In this document: one piece after another, positions 17,195-27,576 of the stretch | Layout of the letters: each line of letters starts with the position of its first letter | Position numbering within the stretch: the first letter of the stretch is position 1 | Source of the DNA: a bacterium | GTDB lineage: Bacteria > SAR324 > XYD2-FULL-50-16 > G965216635 | Reading direction: 5' to 3' | Length of the DNA: 64,000 nucleotides | Assembly (NCBI GenBank): GCA_965216635.1 | Contig: OZ244188.1 | Span: 1,376,001-1,440,000, forward strand | Translations under genes and position numbers: made by a program | The notes under the pieces: model-generated | Database searches by the model: none | Told to the model about the DNA's origin: nothing | Seen by the model: only the letters and a program-made list of their open reading frames with translations

Positions 17195-17650
17195 TTAGAT
17201 TTTTAAAGTTTCAGGTTTTTGAGACAGATGAGGGTGACTAGCTCCTGCATAAATTTTAAGTTTTTCTAAACTATGCCTGTTCAGAGCATTTTTTGGCATC
17301 ATACCCTTCACTGCTTTATAAACCAATTCACAAGGTTTTTTTTCTAAAAGTTTATTTGCTTTGATGTTTTTAATACCACCAGGGTAGCCTGTATGCCAAT
17401 AGTAGACTTTTTCTAGCATTTTGTTTCCGCTAAGGACAACTTTTTCTGCGTTAATTACAACGACAAAATCTCCACTATCTACATGCGCAGTAAATTGAGA
17501 TTTATGTTTGCCACGCAAAGTATTGGCTATTTTGGTAGCTAATCTACCTAGTTTTTGATTTTCCGCATCCACAAGATACCATTTTCTCCAATGCGGATCG
17601 CTGGCTATCTCTTCATTTCTTAAAAAAGGAGTTTCTTTTCTGTTTTTCAT
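17195..17650 (-). CDS. rplM: 50S ribosomal protein L13
   Basis: [35 protein letters not shown]. Confidence 0.97.
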   Translation of the reverse strand: MKNRKETPFLRNEEIASDPHWRKWYLVDAENQKLGRLATKIANTLRGKHKSQFTAHVDSGDFVVVINAEKVVLSGNKMLEKVYYWHTGYPGGIKNIKANKLLEKKPCELVYKAVKGMMPKNALNRHSLEKLKIYAGASHPHLSQKPETLKI

Positions 17651-17748
17651 TTTTGGTTAATGTTTTAGACAATCACTATTATTTACTTTTTTTTATTTTT
17701 TGTCAAGTTTAATTTTGTTTTTCTTAAGTAGTAAAAAATTTCTTTGTA

Positions 17749-18468
17749 CTAAAATCGTTTTCGGATACAAGAAGCGGCTATTACAGAAGCAGGATTGTCT
17801 CCATGCAAACAAATAGTTTGTGCTTTAATGGGTATTACTTTTTTTTGATAATCTACGATGCTATGTTGCGTTTTTAGTTGTATTGCCCTTTCTACAATTT
17901 GTTCTGTTTCTTGAAACACTGCTTTTTTTTCTTTTCTGTCTAAAAGTTTTCCTTGATAATATTCTCTATCTGGAAAGGCTTCCCACAAAAGTTTTAAGCC
18001 GTATTTTTTGGCTTTTTTTTCAAAGTATAGGTTGTGCTTACTACTAAAAAAAATCCAAACCAGTTTAGAATTGTATTGAGCTATAGTTTCTGCAATTATC
18101 TGAAAAACAGCTTCGCTTATTAGTGCATCGTTGTAAAGAGCCCCGTGAGGTTTTACAAATTCTAATGGAATATGTTGTTTTTTACAGATTTTATCCAGTG
18201 AGCTAATTTGACATGTTAATTCTTTTTTTAGCTGCTTGAAAGATAATGTTTTTTTAAAAGAGAGGTGGCTTTTGCGGCCAAAATTTTTCGGATCTCTATA
18301 GCTAGGATGAGCTGCTATTTTGACTTTGTGAATTTTACAAAGAGATACTGCTTGATTCATACTTTTTTCGTCGCCGATATGTCCTCCGCAAGCAATGTTG
18401 GCTATATCTAGTAATGAAATAAAATCTGCAGAAGAGCTATTTTCTCCTGTATCTCCGTTGATGAGCAT
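17749..18468 (-). CDS. pxpA: 5-oxoprolinase subunit A (LamB/YcsF family)
   Basis: ANIACGGH.GD, AHPSY.D..NFGR, VKPHGALYN, TICLHGD. Confidence 0.88.
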   Translation of the reverse strand: MLINGDTGENSSSADFISLLDIANIACGGHIGDEKSMNQAVSLCKIHKVKIAAHPSYRDPKNFGRKSHLSFKKTLSFKQLKKELTCQISSLDKICKKQHIPLEFVKPHGALYNDALISEAVFQIIAETIAQYNSKLVWIFFSSKHNLYFEKKAKKYGLKLLWEAFPDREYYQGKLLDRKEKKAVFQETEQIVERAIQLKTQHSIVDYQKKVIPIKAQTICLHGDNPASVIAASCIRKRF

Positions 18469-18492
18469 AGTTTTTAAAATTTAGGTCTTATA

Positions 18493-18630
18493 TAGACCTT
18501 TGAATTTGCCAAATAGGACAAAACCAGCTGTGACGGCTAGCCAAATGGTTAGAACAGGTGCGAAAAAAAATTTTAGCTCTGCAGGTGCTGAAAGCTCAGA
18601 GGCTAAACAGAATGCAAATTCAAAAGTCTA
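18493..18630. mobile_element. RPE-like MITE
   Basis: TAGACCTTTGAATTTGC...GCAAATTCAAAAGTCTA. Confidence 0.85.
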
Positions 18631-18747
18631 TATTATAACATTTCCCAAAAACACCTTGACAATAAACGAAAGTTGATTTATTTTAGACATTTTTAGAGAT
18701 AAATGTAAAATATCTCTATTATTAACAATAAATTAAGAATAAATAAA

Positions 18748-20073
18748 ATGAAAAATTCTATATGTTATATTTCCAATTCTTGGAAATATCTGCTTTTAAG
18801 AGTAACAAAATTGTTTGCTATAGTGGTTATAACTATAGCAGTAGTAATCCCAGTTTTATCAGCGCAAAATAAAAAATCTGTTAAAGTTGGTTTTGTTATA
18901 TTTTTGTCTGGAGCTGCTGCTGGTCCTTTTGGAGTGCCGGCACGCAATGCTGCAGAGTTAATGGTTGAAGCTATCAATAAAGGATTGATTCCTCAACCTT
19001 ATAATAAAAAAGGTCTCGCAGGGGTTCAAATTGCACCAATCTATGTAGACGAAAACAGCAAACAAAAAGTAACCGATTATAAGAAACTCGTTCAAAAAGA
19101 CGCTGTGGATCTTGTTATTGGTTACACTTCATCTGGTAGTTGCAAGGCAATTGCACCTGTGGTGGAATCGTCCAAAAGATTGACAGTTTTCTTTGATTGT
19201 GGAACGCCACAAATCTTTGAAGATATTGTGACAAAACCAAAGTATTTATTTCGTGCTACGGCTCACGCAGCAATGGATAGTGTAGGAGCGGCGCGTTATT
19301 TAATAGCTACAGGTGCTAACGCATCTACTATAGCAGGTATCAATCAAAACTACGCTTGGGGTCAGGATTCTTGGCGCGATTTTTTGGCATCTATGGAAGT
19401 TTTAGCACCGGGAGTTAAAGTTGTAGACAAACAGTTTCCTAGAATTTTTGCGGGTCAATATGGGTCTGAAATCACCTCACTGTTGATAAAAAAACCAAAG
19501 ATTATTCACTCTAGTTTCTGGGGAGGAGATATGGAAGCTCTTATTCTACAAGGAAGTGCACGTGGCATTTTTAAGCGAAGTAAGGTTGTTTTGACAACAG
19601 GTGAGAGTGCTCTTGACCGTCTCAGCACACAAATACCAAACGGAACGATTATTGGTGCTCGTGGTTTGCACGGCATTCTGGCACCTAAAAATGCACTCAA
19701 CACTTGGTTTCGTAAAGCCTATTTTGATCGCTTTGGCAGTTGGCCCACTTATCCATCTTATCATATGGTTCAATCTATTTTGGCTGTAAAGGCTGCTGCT
19801 GATAAAGCTGGTAGTACAGAACAAAATGCAATTATAGCAGCATTGAAAGGATCCAAATTTGAAACACCAAGTGGTAGCGTTTCAATGGCAATTTCCAATG
19901 GTCACCAAGCAATTCAAGATACAGCTTACGGAACATACAAATACGACAAGAAAACTAGAAAACCGACTCTGAAAAAGATTCAGCAATTCAAAGCCGAATG
20001 TGTCAATCCACCAGCTGGAGTAAAAAGTGCTGATTGGGTTAAATCCAAATTTCAAGGAGCGAAGTGCAAATAA
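18748..20073 (+). CDS. Branched-chain amino acid (Liv)-type ABC substrate-binding protein
   Basis: FLSG.AAGPFG, INQNYAWGQDSW; precedes LivHMGF-like genes. Confidence 0.88.
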   Translation: MKNSICYISNSWKYLLLRVTKLFAIVVITIAVVIPVLSAQNKKSVKVGFVIFLSGAAAGPFGVPARNAAELMVEAINKGLIPQPYNKKGLAGVQIAPIYVDENSKQKVTDYKKLVQKDAVDLVIGYTSSGSCKAIAPVVESSKRLTVFFDCGTPQIFEDIVTKPKYLFRATAHAAMDSVGAARYLIATGANASTIAGINQNYAWGQDSWRDFLASMEVLAPGVKVVDKQFPRIFAGQYGSEITSLLIKKPKIIHSSFWGGDMEALILQGSARGIFKRSKVVLTTGESALDRLSTQIPNGTIIGARGLHGILAPKNALNTWFRKAYFDRFGSWPTYPSYHMVQSILAVKAAADKAGSTEQNAIIAALKGSKFETPSGSVSMAISNGHQAIQDTAYGTYKYDKKTRKPTLKKIQQFKAECVNPPAGVKSADWVKSKFQGAKCK

Positions 20074-20092
20074 TTATTTCAATATAGTGATA

Positions 20093-20206
20093 TAGACTTT
20101 TGAATTTGCTTATCTAGTTTAGCCAAAACAAGCTTATTGCTTTTACGCCATTAAAAAAAAATTTCAACGCTGCATAGGCTAAACAGAATGCAAATTCAAA
20201 AGTCTA
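20093..20206. mobile_element. RPE-like MITE, short copy
   Basis: TAGACTTTTGAATTTGC...GCAAATTCAAAAGTCTA. Confidence 0.85.
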
Positions 20207-20221
20207 TCTATTTTAGTTGCA

Positions 20222-21118
20222 ATGGAAACAACAATCGCTGTAATTTTAGATGGACTTGGATTTTCTTCTTGGCTTTTTCTTGCATCCGTTGGAATGACTC
20301 TGATTTACGGTGTATTGAAAGTGCTGAATATTGCGCACGGTAGTTTTTATGCACTTGGGGCATACTCTGCAGCTTCGGCTGTTGGTATTTATTTATCAGG
20401 CGAAACAGCTGTGGTTGTATCCTATTTTATTTTAATCGCTGCAGCAATTATAGTCGGGGTTGTATTTGGATTGCTAATGGAACGCGGAGTTTTGCGTTTT
20501 ATGTATGGGCGCGATGAAATACTAATGGTTCTTGTTACTTACGCTCTATTTCTAATACTAGAAGATTTCATAAAAGTTGTCTGGGGAGTTAGTCCTTACT
20601 TTGCGTTCCAACCTTACTCTTATTTGGGTTTTATAGAAATTTTCGGTATACCCTATCAAATTTATGATTTGGCACTAATTGGTGTAGCTATTGTTTGCGG
20701 TTTTGCTTTATGGTGGGGAATCAATTTGACAAGAATTGGCAAACTCCTGTTAGTGGTTATTCATGACCGTGAAATCAGTACTGCTATGGGTATTAATGTC
20801 AAATTTTTGTTTACGGTAACATTTGTTATTGGGGCTATTCTTGGAGCATTGGGAGGTGCTGTAACAGCACCTAAAATTTCTGTTGTTCCGGGAATTGGGG
20901 TTGAAATTGTTGTTTTAGCTTTTGCCGTAGTTGTCATTGGTGGAATGGGAAGTATAGGCGGAGCTATGGTTGGATCTATAATTGTCGGATTTGTTCGTGT
21001 TTTATCGGTTCATTTTTTTCCAGAAGTAGAACTTTTTGCAATTTATGTTGTTATGGTAATTGTGCTAGCCATTAAACCTTATGGGTTATTTGCCTTAGCT
21101 GAAGGTAGAAAAATATGA
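20222..21118 (+). CDS. Liv-type ABC permease (LivH-like)
   Basis: GMTLIYGVLKVLNIAHGSFY, VVIGGMGSIGG. Confidence 0.88.
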   Translation: METTIAVILDGLGFSSWLFLASVGMTLIYGVLKVLNIAHGSFYALGAYSAASAVGIYLSGETAVVVSYFILIAAAIIVGVVFGLLMERGVLRFMYGRDEILMVLVTYALFLILEDFIKVVWGVSPYFAFQPYSYLGFIEIFGIPYQIYDLALIGVAIVCGFALWWGINLTRIGKLLLVVIHDREISTAMGINVKFLFTVTFVIGAILGALGGAVTAPKISVVPGIGVEIVVLAFAVVVIGGMGSIGGAMVGSIIVGFVRVLSVHFFPEVELFAIYVVMVIVLAIKPYGLFALAEGRKI

Positions 21119-22092
21119 TCCAAAAAAACAATGTAACAGAGAAAGTTCTACTTCTATCTTTACCCATCCTTATTGGTATAGGGTTTGTTATCCCAGAATG
21201 GATACAGTTTTTGATTCAGGTTTCCATGGCAAGCGGGCTTGTTGCCCTAGGGGTTATGATTCAAATGCGAGCTGGTTTGATTTCTTTCGGTCAAGGTTTT
21301 TATTTCTGTATTGGAGGCTATACAGCTGGTATGGCGGGACATTTCTTAGGTGTATCAGACGTTTTTATAGTTTTGGCATTAGGCTTCATTATTAGCATTG
21401 TTATTTCTTTTTTCTTTGGTTTTTTGTTAACTCGCTATCGTGATATATTCTTTGCTATGCTAACTCTGGCATTGTCTATGGTTTTATATGGACTTCTGAT
21501 AAAAGCTCAAATTCTCGGTAGTACAGATGGATTCAATTTACCTTCTACCACTTTTTTAGGTTGGCAACCAGAAGGCAAACAATTGGGTAATGCAGTCTAC
21601 GTACTCATCTGTATTTCAACTATTCTTATTGCCATACTGCTCAACCGTTATTTTAAATCGCCAATGGGCTATATAGGTGAGGCAATCCGAGAAAATGAAC
21701 TACGACTGGAGTATTTGGGAACATCTGTGCGAAAGGCTATCCATATCAAATATATTATTGCAGCTGGAGTATCTGGATTGGGAGGCGTCTTTACTGCCAT
21801 AGCGATTGGACATGTAGATCCAGAAATGACCTATTGGGCAACTTCAGGACAATTTGTTTTTGTTGTTTTATTGAGTGGAAGCGGGAATGTTATTGCTCCC
21901 TTAATGGGAACATTTATTGTTGAGATGGTGCGTATTTATGCAGTAGAAATTTCACCGAACACTTGGCAGATGATTCTTGGTTCTATAATGTTAGTGATAA
22001 TTTTATTTTTACCAAAAGGTTTGTGGTCGTTGTTCAAACTGTCAAAAAAAGAAAATCGCTATGAATTATTTTCTGGAGACGAAAAATCTTGA
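21115..22092 (+). CDS. Liv-type ABC permease (LivM-like)
   Basis: GLISFGQ, FFAMLTLA, AIRENE. Confidence 0.88.
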   Translation: MIQKNNVTEKVLLLSLPILIGIGFVIPEWIQFLIQVSMASGLVALGVMIQMRAGLISFGQGFYFCIGGYTAGMAGHFLGVSDVFIVLALGFIISIVISFFFGFLLTRYRDIFFAMLTLALSMVLYGLLIKAQILGSTDGFNLPSTTFLGWQPEGKQLGNAVYVLICISTILIAILLNRYFKSPMGYIGEAIRENELRLEYLGTSVRKAIHIKYIIAAGVSGLGGVFTAIAIGHVDPEMTYWATSGQFVFVVLLSGSGNVIAPLMGTFIVEMVRIYAVEISPNTWQMILGSIMLVIILFLPKGLWSLFKLSKKENRYELFSGDEKS

Positions 22093-22825
22093 AAAAACTT
22101 TTGGCGCAGTTGTTGCCGCTTCAGCAATAAACATCAAAATTCATTCGGGAGAAATTATTGGTGTTATTGGTGCTAATGGTGCGGGAAAAACAACCTTTGT
22201 CAATATGGTAACGGGCTATTTGACTCCAAGTAAAGGAAAAATTTTTTCTATGGGCAAAGATATTACTGGTATGGCAACGCGTAATATCACAAGATTGGGT
22301 ATATCTCGTTCGTTCCAAATTCCACAACTCTTTTTGGACATGTCAGTACTAGATAACATAATTATTGCCTTATCTGTAGCTAAAGAACACAAACCTGTAT
22401 TATTTCGTCCAGCCGTCACTTCTGCACTCATAAAAGAAGCAGTGGGTATATTAGAAAATTTTAATGTAGCTGATTATACTTCTCAGATGATAAATACGCT
22501 TCCACAAGGTGTCCGCAAACTGGTTGATATTGCCATGGCAACTGCATCAAAACCAAAACTCTTGTTTTTGGATGAACCTACAAGTGGCATCAGTAGCGAA
22601 GAAAAAATACAAATAATGGAAGTACTTATTACTGCCTTAAAAAGAAAAAAGACTACAATTTTATTTATTGAACACGATATGGAGATTGTTGAAAAATTTG
22701 CACCTCGGGTAATAGCTTTTTACGAAGGGAGAGTATTAGTTGACGGTAAAACAAAGAATGTTTTAGAAAATTCCAATGTACGAGAACATGTAATAGGTTC
22801 GGAATTCATTGTCAAAAAAAATTAG
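22061..22825 (+). CDS. Liv-type ABC ATPase (LivG-like)
   Basis: GANGAGKTT, RSFQI, LDEPTSG, IEHDM. Confidence 0.9.
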   Translation: MNYFLETKNLEKTFGAVVAASAINIKIHSGEIIGVIGANGAGKTTFVNMVTGYLTPSKGKIFSMGKDITGMATRNITRLGISRSFQIPQLFLDMSVLDNIIIALSVAKEHKPVLFRPAVTSALIKEAVGILENFNVADYTSQMINTLPQGVRKLVDIAMATASKPKLLFLDEPTSGISSEEKIQIMEVLITALKRKKTTILFIEHDMEIVEKFAPRVIAFYEGRVLVDGKTKNVLENSNVREHVIGSEFIVKKN

Positions 22826-22828
22826 GCT

Positions 22829-23479
22829 ATGATTAGAATAGAAAATTTGAATGTTGTCATTAAAAAAATACCTATCTTGCGTTCTGTAGCTCTACATATT
22901 CCAGTCGGTGCTACTGTTGGAATTATTGGTAGAAATGGCGCTGGAAAGACAACTTTAATGCGTTCCATAATGGGACTTATAAAAGCGGAGAAAGGAACTA
23001 TCCAGTTTCAAGAATCGGATTTGTTAAATCGCACTGCACACAGCAGAGCATTTTTGGGAATTGGTTATATGCCAGAAGACAGACGCCTAGTTCCACATTT
23101 TACTGTAGAAGAAAATATTCTAGTCCCCCTCTGGGCTACTAAAAGAACAAAAGATACTTCTTGTCTGGAGTGGGTTTATAGTTTGATGCCCGAAATTTCC
23201 CGATATAAAAAAAGACAAGCATTATCTCTTAGCGGAGGACAACAAAAACTTGTAGCACTGGCAAGAGCGCTTGTATGCGGTTCAAAACTACTGTTACTTG
23301 ACGAACCTTTTGAAGGAGTAGCCCCAGCACTAGCTCAACGGCTTATGGAGGTGGTTTCCAATCTTAAAAAGAAACAACTTTCTGTTTTTATCTCAGAATC
23401 AGGCTATACACATTTAAAAAATATGGTTGATAAAATATATTCTATTGAACGAGGCTTTATTAACGAAATATCTATATAA
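22829..23479 (+). CDS. Liv-type ABC ATPase (LivF-like)
   Basis: GRNGAGKTT, PEDRR, LSGGQQ, LDEP. Confidence 0.9.
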   Translation: MIRIENLNVVIKKIPILRSVALHIPVGATVGIIGRNGAGKTTLMRSIMGLIKAEKGTIQFQESDLLNRTAHSRAFLGIGYMPEDRRLVPHFTVEENILVPLWATKRTKDTSCLEWVYSLMPEISRYKKRQALSLSGGQQKLVALARALVCGSKLLLLDEPFEGVAPALAQRLMEVVSNLKKKQLSVFISESGYTHLKNMVDKIYSIERGFINEISI

Positions 23480-23695
23480 ATTAACAAAACCAGAAAATAA
23501 ATTATTTCTTTCAAAAACTATTTGTTCTGCAATAGCTTTTTTGATATTCAATAAAATCAATAGCTTGACTACTTTTTAAGGAGTGACTAGCTACTACCTG
23601 AAATAAAATTTTAAATAAAATGAGACCATTAGCGTGTCCTATATTCAAAGGATCTTTTGGTCTACTGGAAATAAGTTTTTAAGTAAAAACAGAAT

Positions 23696-24871
23696 ATGGG
23701 TGATTTTTATTTTAATACTGCAGGTTCCATCAAACAAAAATTCGGAGGAACTCGGCAATTAGGGGAGTTTATCTCTGATTTTTTAGGGAAAGATAGAACG
23801 GGTGAACAAATTTTGTTCGTCACAGATACTGGTATTTTAAAATTAGGATTGGCACAGCATGCCTTGGCTAGTCTTGAGAAAGTAGGATTTAAAACAACAA
23901 TATTTAGCGAAATTGAATCAGATCCTTCTGTTACCACAGTGCTCAGTGCCCTAAAACGGGCAAAAAAAATCAAAGTTTCGGCAATTATTGGCTTTGGCGG
24001 TGGGAGCTCAATGGATGTTGCAAAACTTATTTCATTTTTAGCTATCTCAAATCAATGCCTTGATGATATTTATGGTGTCAATCAAATTAAAGGAAATCGT
24101 CTACCTCTCGTTTTAATTCCAACAACCGCTGGAACTGGTTCTGAAGTCACGCCAGTAGCTATCGTCACAACAAATAAAACAGAAAAAAAAGGAATAGTTT
24201 CTCCTGTTTTATTACCAGACCTTGCTATACTGGACGCCGAACTGACATTAGGATTACCACCTCGTATCACAGCAATGACAGGAATTGACGCTATAGTACA
24301 CGCCATAGAAGCCTATACATCTACAAACCCAAACAACAATCCTATTTCTCAAATGATGGCTAAACAAGCACTTTGGCTGCTTAGTGCTAACATTACCGAT
24401 GCTGTATTAGATGGAACAAACATTCAAACACGTTCAAATATGCTGCTAGGAGCAATGCTAGCTGGACAAGCATTTGCCAATTCACCAGTAGCTGCTGTCC
24501 ATGCGCTTGCTTATCCTATTGGAAGTCTTTTTCATATTCCACACGGCTTGTCCAATTCTTTAGTATTGCCACATGTAATGCGTTTTAATGCAGAGCACTG
24601 TGCTGATCAATATCTACAACTTGCTCCTATAATTTTTCCTAATATGGATCTTTCAGGATCTACACAAAAAATCTGTACTAATTTTATAGAGCAAATAGAA
24701 TCACTAATAAAGAAATTGGGTTTAGAAACCAAACTTAGCCAGGTAGACATCCAATCTAGTGAGATAGAAAAATTGGCAGAAGAGGCAATGAAACAAACTA
24801 GACTTCTTGTCAATAATCCAAGGCAGGTTGCTTATAAAGATGCTATGAACATCTACAATAACGCATTTTAA
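23696..24871 (+). CDS. Iron-containing alcohol dehydrogenase
   Basis: GGGSSMD, PTTAGTGSE, DAIVHAIE, HALAYP..HIPHG. Confidence 0.92.
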   Translation: MGDFYFNTAGSIKQKFGGTRQLGEFISDFLGKDRTGEQILFVTDTGILKLGLAQHALASLEKVGFKTTIFSEIESDPSVTTVLSALKRAKKIKVSAIIGFGGGSSMDVAKLISFLAISNQCLDDIYGVNQIKGNRLPLVLIPTTAGTGSEVTPVAIVTTNKTEKKGIVSPVLLPDLAILDAELTLGLPPRITAMTGIDAIVHAIEAYTSTNPNNNPISQMMAKQALWLLSANITDAVLDGTNIQTRSNMLLGAMLAGQAFANSPVAAVHALAYPIGSLFHIPHGLSNSLVLPHVMRFNAEHCADQYLQLAPIIFPNMDLSGSTQKICTNFIEQIESLIKKLGLETKLSQVDIQSSEIEKLAEEAMKQTRLLVNNPRQVAYKDAMNIYNNAF

Positions 24872-25029
24872 ATTTGCGTTCTGTTTAGCCTATGCAGCGT
24901 TGAAAAAAAATTTTAACTCTTAAAATACTTCAGTATTCCTACGAGCTAAAATTTTTTTTCGCACCTGTTATAACCATTTGGCTAGCCGTCACAGCTAGTT
25001 TTGTCCTATTTGGCAAATTCAAAGGTCTA
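24871..25029. mobile_element. RPE-like MITE with one truncated end, flanked by a 20-bp direct repeat
   Basis: AATTTGCGTTCTGTTTAGCC...GCAAATTCAAAGGTCTA; TACAATAACGCATTTTAAAT at 24854 and 25030. Confidence 0.8.
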
Positions 25030-25069
25030 TACAATAACGCATTTTAAATAAATTTTTTCAAACAATCTT

Positions 25070-25834
25070 ATGTCTGGACATAGTAAATGGAGCACCATCA
25101 AACATAAAAAAGGTGCTTTAGATAAAAAAAGAGCTAAAATTTTTAGTAAAGTTATTAGGGAAATTTCAGCTGCCGTAAAACTAGGAGGGGGGCAACCAGA
25201 ATCTAATCCCAGACTGAGACAGGCAGTAGCTCAAGCAAAATCCGTAAATATGCCTTCGGATACCATTCAAAAAGCTATTAAAAAAGCGAGTGGAGAGAGC
25301 AATACAGAGCATTTTGAGACGACTTTTTATGAAGGCTTGGCTCCCAGTAATGTAGCCGTGATTGTAAAGTGTTTAACGGATAATAAAAACCGCACAGTCG
25401 CTAGTATCCGCAGTATTTTTAGTAAAGGAGGTGGATCTATGGGAGATACAAATTCCGTCGGCTTTTTATTTAGAGAAGTTGGCTGTATTACTCTAGCAAA
25501 AGATCAAGTTACAGAGGAGGCTTTAGCAGATTTGGTGATAGATTCTGGTGGAGAAGATTATGCAGAAAAAGAAGAAACTTATGAAATTTATACAGATCCT
25601 AAAACTCTGCACCAAGTTTATTCCTACCTAGAAAATAAGTCAAAAAGTAAAATAGAAGTCAGCACTGCGACTTTGCAATTTATTTCACAAAGTCCCGCTT
25701 CTGTTGATGATCTCCACGTAGCCAATAAAATCCTAAACCTATTGGAAAATTTAGAAGACAACGACGACGTGCAAGAAATTTACACAAATTTTGAACCAAG
25801 TGTGAAAGTACAAGAACAACTAAACACAGATTAG
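25070..25834 (+). CDS. yebC: YebC/PmpR family protein
   Basis: MSGHSKWSTIKHKK, NPRLR, TDNKNRT, LEDNDDVQ. Confidence 0.96.
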   Translation: MSGHSKWSTIKHKKGALDKKRAKIFSKVIREISAAVKLGGGQPESNPRLRQAVAQAKSVNMPSDTIQKAIKKASGESNTEHFETTFYEGLAPSNVAVIVKCLTDNKNRTVASIRSIFSKGGGSMGDTNSVGFLFREVGCITLAKDQVTEEALADLVIDSGGEDYAEKEETYEIYTDPKTLHQVYSYLENKSKSKIEVSTATLQFISQSPASVDDLHVANKILNLLENLEDNDDVQEIYTNFEPSVKVQEQLNTD

Positions 25835-26311
25835 GTGTCAAGACTCATTATGGGTATAGACCCAGGCTCATTGAAAACAGGTTATGGGCTTATTCTACAA
25901 GAAAATTCTAAATTTAAATTTTTATGTAGTGGCGTGATTGCTCCAAAAAAAAATACTTCTTTAGCAGAAAAATTAGAGTTTGTTTTTGAAAATATAGATT
26001 CTTTACTTAAGATACACAAGCCTGATGCTTTGGTGATAGAGAAAATTTTTACCTCAATAAATATACAGAGTGCACTGGTATTAGCCCATGTAAGAGGAGT
26101 GATTTTATTAAGTAGTCAGCTGCATAAAATCAAATATTTTGAATATACTCCAAAAGAAATAAAACAAGCAATTAGCGGACAGGGGAATGCCTCTAAAAAC
26201 CAAGTATTGAAAATGATAGAACTTTACTTAAAACCAAAACATGTTTTGTCTTTAGACGAAGCAGATGCAGTAGCGGCAGCTGTTTGCTATGCTCATAAAA
26301 TTAGGCTATGA
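25835..26311 (+). CDS. ruvC: Holliday junction resolvase
   Basis: GIDPG..TGYG, YTPKEIKQ.ISG.G.ASK.QV, DEADA. Confidence 0.95.
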   Translation: MSRLIMGIDPGSLKTGYGLILQENSKFKFLCSGVIAPKKNTSLAEKLEFVFENIDSLLKIHKPDALVIEKIFTSINIQSALVLAHVRGVILLSSQLHKIKYFEYTPKEIKQAISGQGNASKNQVLKMIELYLKPKHVLSLDEADAVAAAVCYAHKIRL

Positions 26312-26886
26312 TTTCTTGGATAGAAGGAAAAATAATACAAAAAGGAGAAAATTCCTTGTTTGTTGCTACTCAAGGTTTAGGATTTGAAATTCTGCTTGGC
26401 AAAGAATTTCTAGAAAATTGTAAATTGAGACAAACTATCTCTCTTTTCGTTTTTAGTGTTTGCAAAGAAAAAGCATTTGAATTTTATGGCTTTGCTGCTT
26501 TTGAAGAAAGACAATTATTTGAGTTACTTATCAAAGTGAACGGTTTAGGTCCTAAGGCAGCTCAAAAAATTATTTCTTATTACAACTACGACCTAGTGTT
26601 GCTAGCTATTAGAAATCAGGATAATGCTTTTTTTGAAAAGGTTTCGGGGATAGGTAAAAAAACAGCAGTAAAAATTATTATTGATTTAGAAAAAAAAGTC
26701 ACTAAACTAAAAGAAAGTCAGCAAGCAACACCGTTGAATCTCTCTTTAAGAGAAGATTTACTTTCTGCTTTGTTAAATTTAGGGTTTAAAGAAAAAGATA
26801 TTTATACAGTTCTTTATAATTTAGATTTTAATAAATCAGATTTTAAAAGTCTTTTAAAGATATGTCTTCATAACCTTAGAAGGTGA
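26308..26886 (+). CDS. ruvA: Holliday junction branch migration protein
   Basis: MISWIEG, V.GLGPK.A, GIGKKTA, ALLNLGF. Confidence 0.93.
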   Translation: MISWIEGKIIQKGENSLFVATQGLGFEILLGKEFLENCKLRQTISLFVFSVCKEKAFEFYGFAAFEERQLFELLIKVNGLGPKAAQKIISYYNYDLVLLAIRNQDNAFFEKVSGIGKKTAVKIIIDLEKKVTKLKESQQATPLNLSLREDLLSALLNLGFKEKDIYTVLYNLDFNKSDFKSLLKICLHNLRR

Positions 26887-26932
26887 CAATGAGATCAACA
26901 GTAATGTTTAAAATATAACCACTTAAAAAATA

Positions 26933-27074
26933 GAGACTGTTGAATTAGGCATTATAGGAAAGCTAGACAAGGCGTGAAAATTTTTTATCCAAGAGGAATA
27001 CTGAAGTATTTTGAGTGATAAAAAATTTGAGCAACGCAGTATAGCTGAACTAGAATGTCTAATTCAATAGTCTC
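26933..27074. mobile_element. RPE-like MITE, second subfamily
   Basis: GAGACTGTTGAATTAG...CTAATTCAATAGTCTC ends; central AATACT-GA-AGTATT hairpin. Confidence 0.8.
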
Positions 27075-27081
27075 AATAACT

Positions 27082-27546
27082 ATGGCAGCATTAAATAAAG
27101 TACTACTAATCGGGCGTTTAGGAAGCGATCCTGAAAAAAAAATTACAAATTCTGGTAAATCTGTAATTAGCGTTAGTTTGGCTACCAGTTCTTTCTACAA
27201 AGATGAAATGGGGAATAAACAAGAAAGCACGGAATGGCACAGACTGGTTTTTTGGGGAAACCTAGCAGATAACCTGCATCAATATACAAAAAAAGGCTCT
27301 TTGCTCTTTGTGGAGGGTAGATTACAAACTAGAGAATGGACAAAAGACGATGTACGTCGCTTTACTACAGAAATTGTTGTATCAAATATGCAGTTTTTGG
27401 AGAAGAAGGACAGTAGCGCGGAGCCTTATTCTGGTGGTCAATACAGTGCAGCAGCAGCAACTCAAACTCAAACACCTGCAAATCCACCACAGCAAACACA
27501 ATCCAAACCAGAGGATGATTTTGTTGAGGATGATATTCCTTTTTAG
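27082..27546 (+). CDS. ssb: Single-stranded DNA-binding protein
   Basis: LNKVLLIGRLG.DPE, TEWHR, C-terminal DDIPF. The ORF-track start at 27055 is MITE-derived. Confidence 0.97.
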   Translation: MAALNKVLLIGRLGSDPEKKITNSGKSVISVSLATSSFYKDEMGNKQESTEWHRLVFWGNLADNLHQYTKKGSLLFVEGRLQTREWTKDDVRRFTTEIVVSNMQFLEKKDSSAEPYSGGQYSAAAATQTQTPANPPQQTQSKPEDDFVEDDIPF

Positions 27547-27576
27547 AGACCAAATAAATTAAACTGTTTAATTCTT

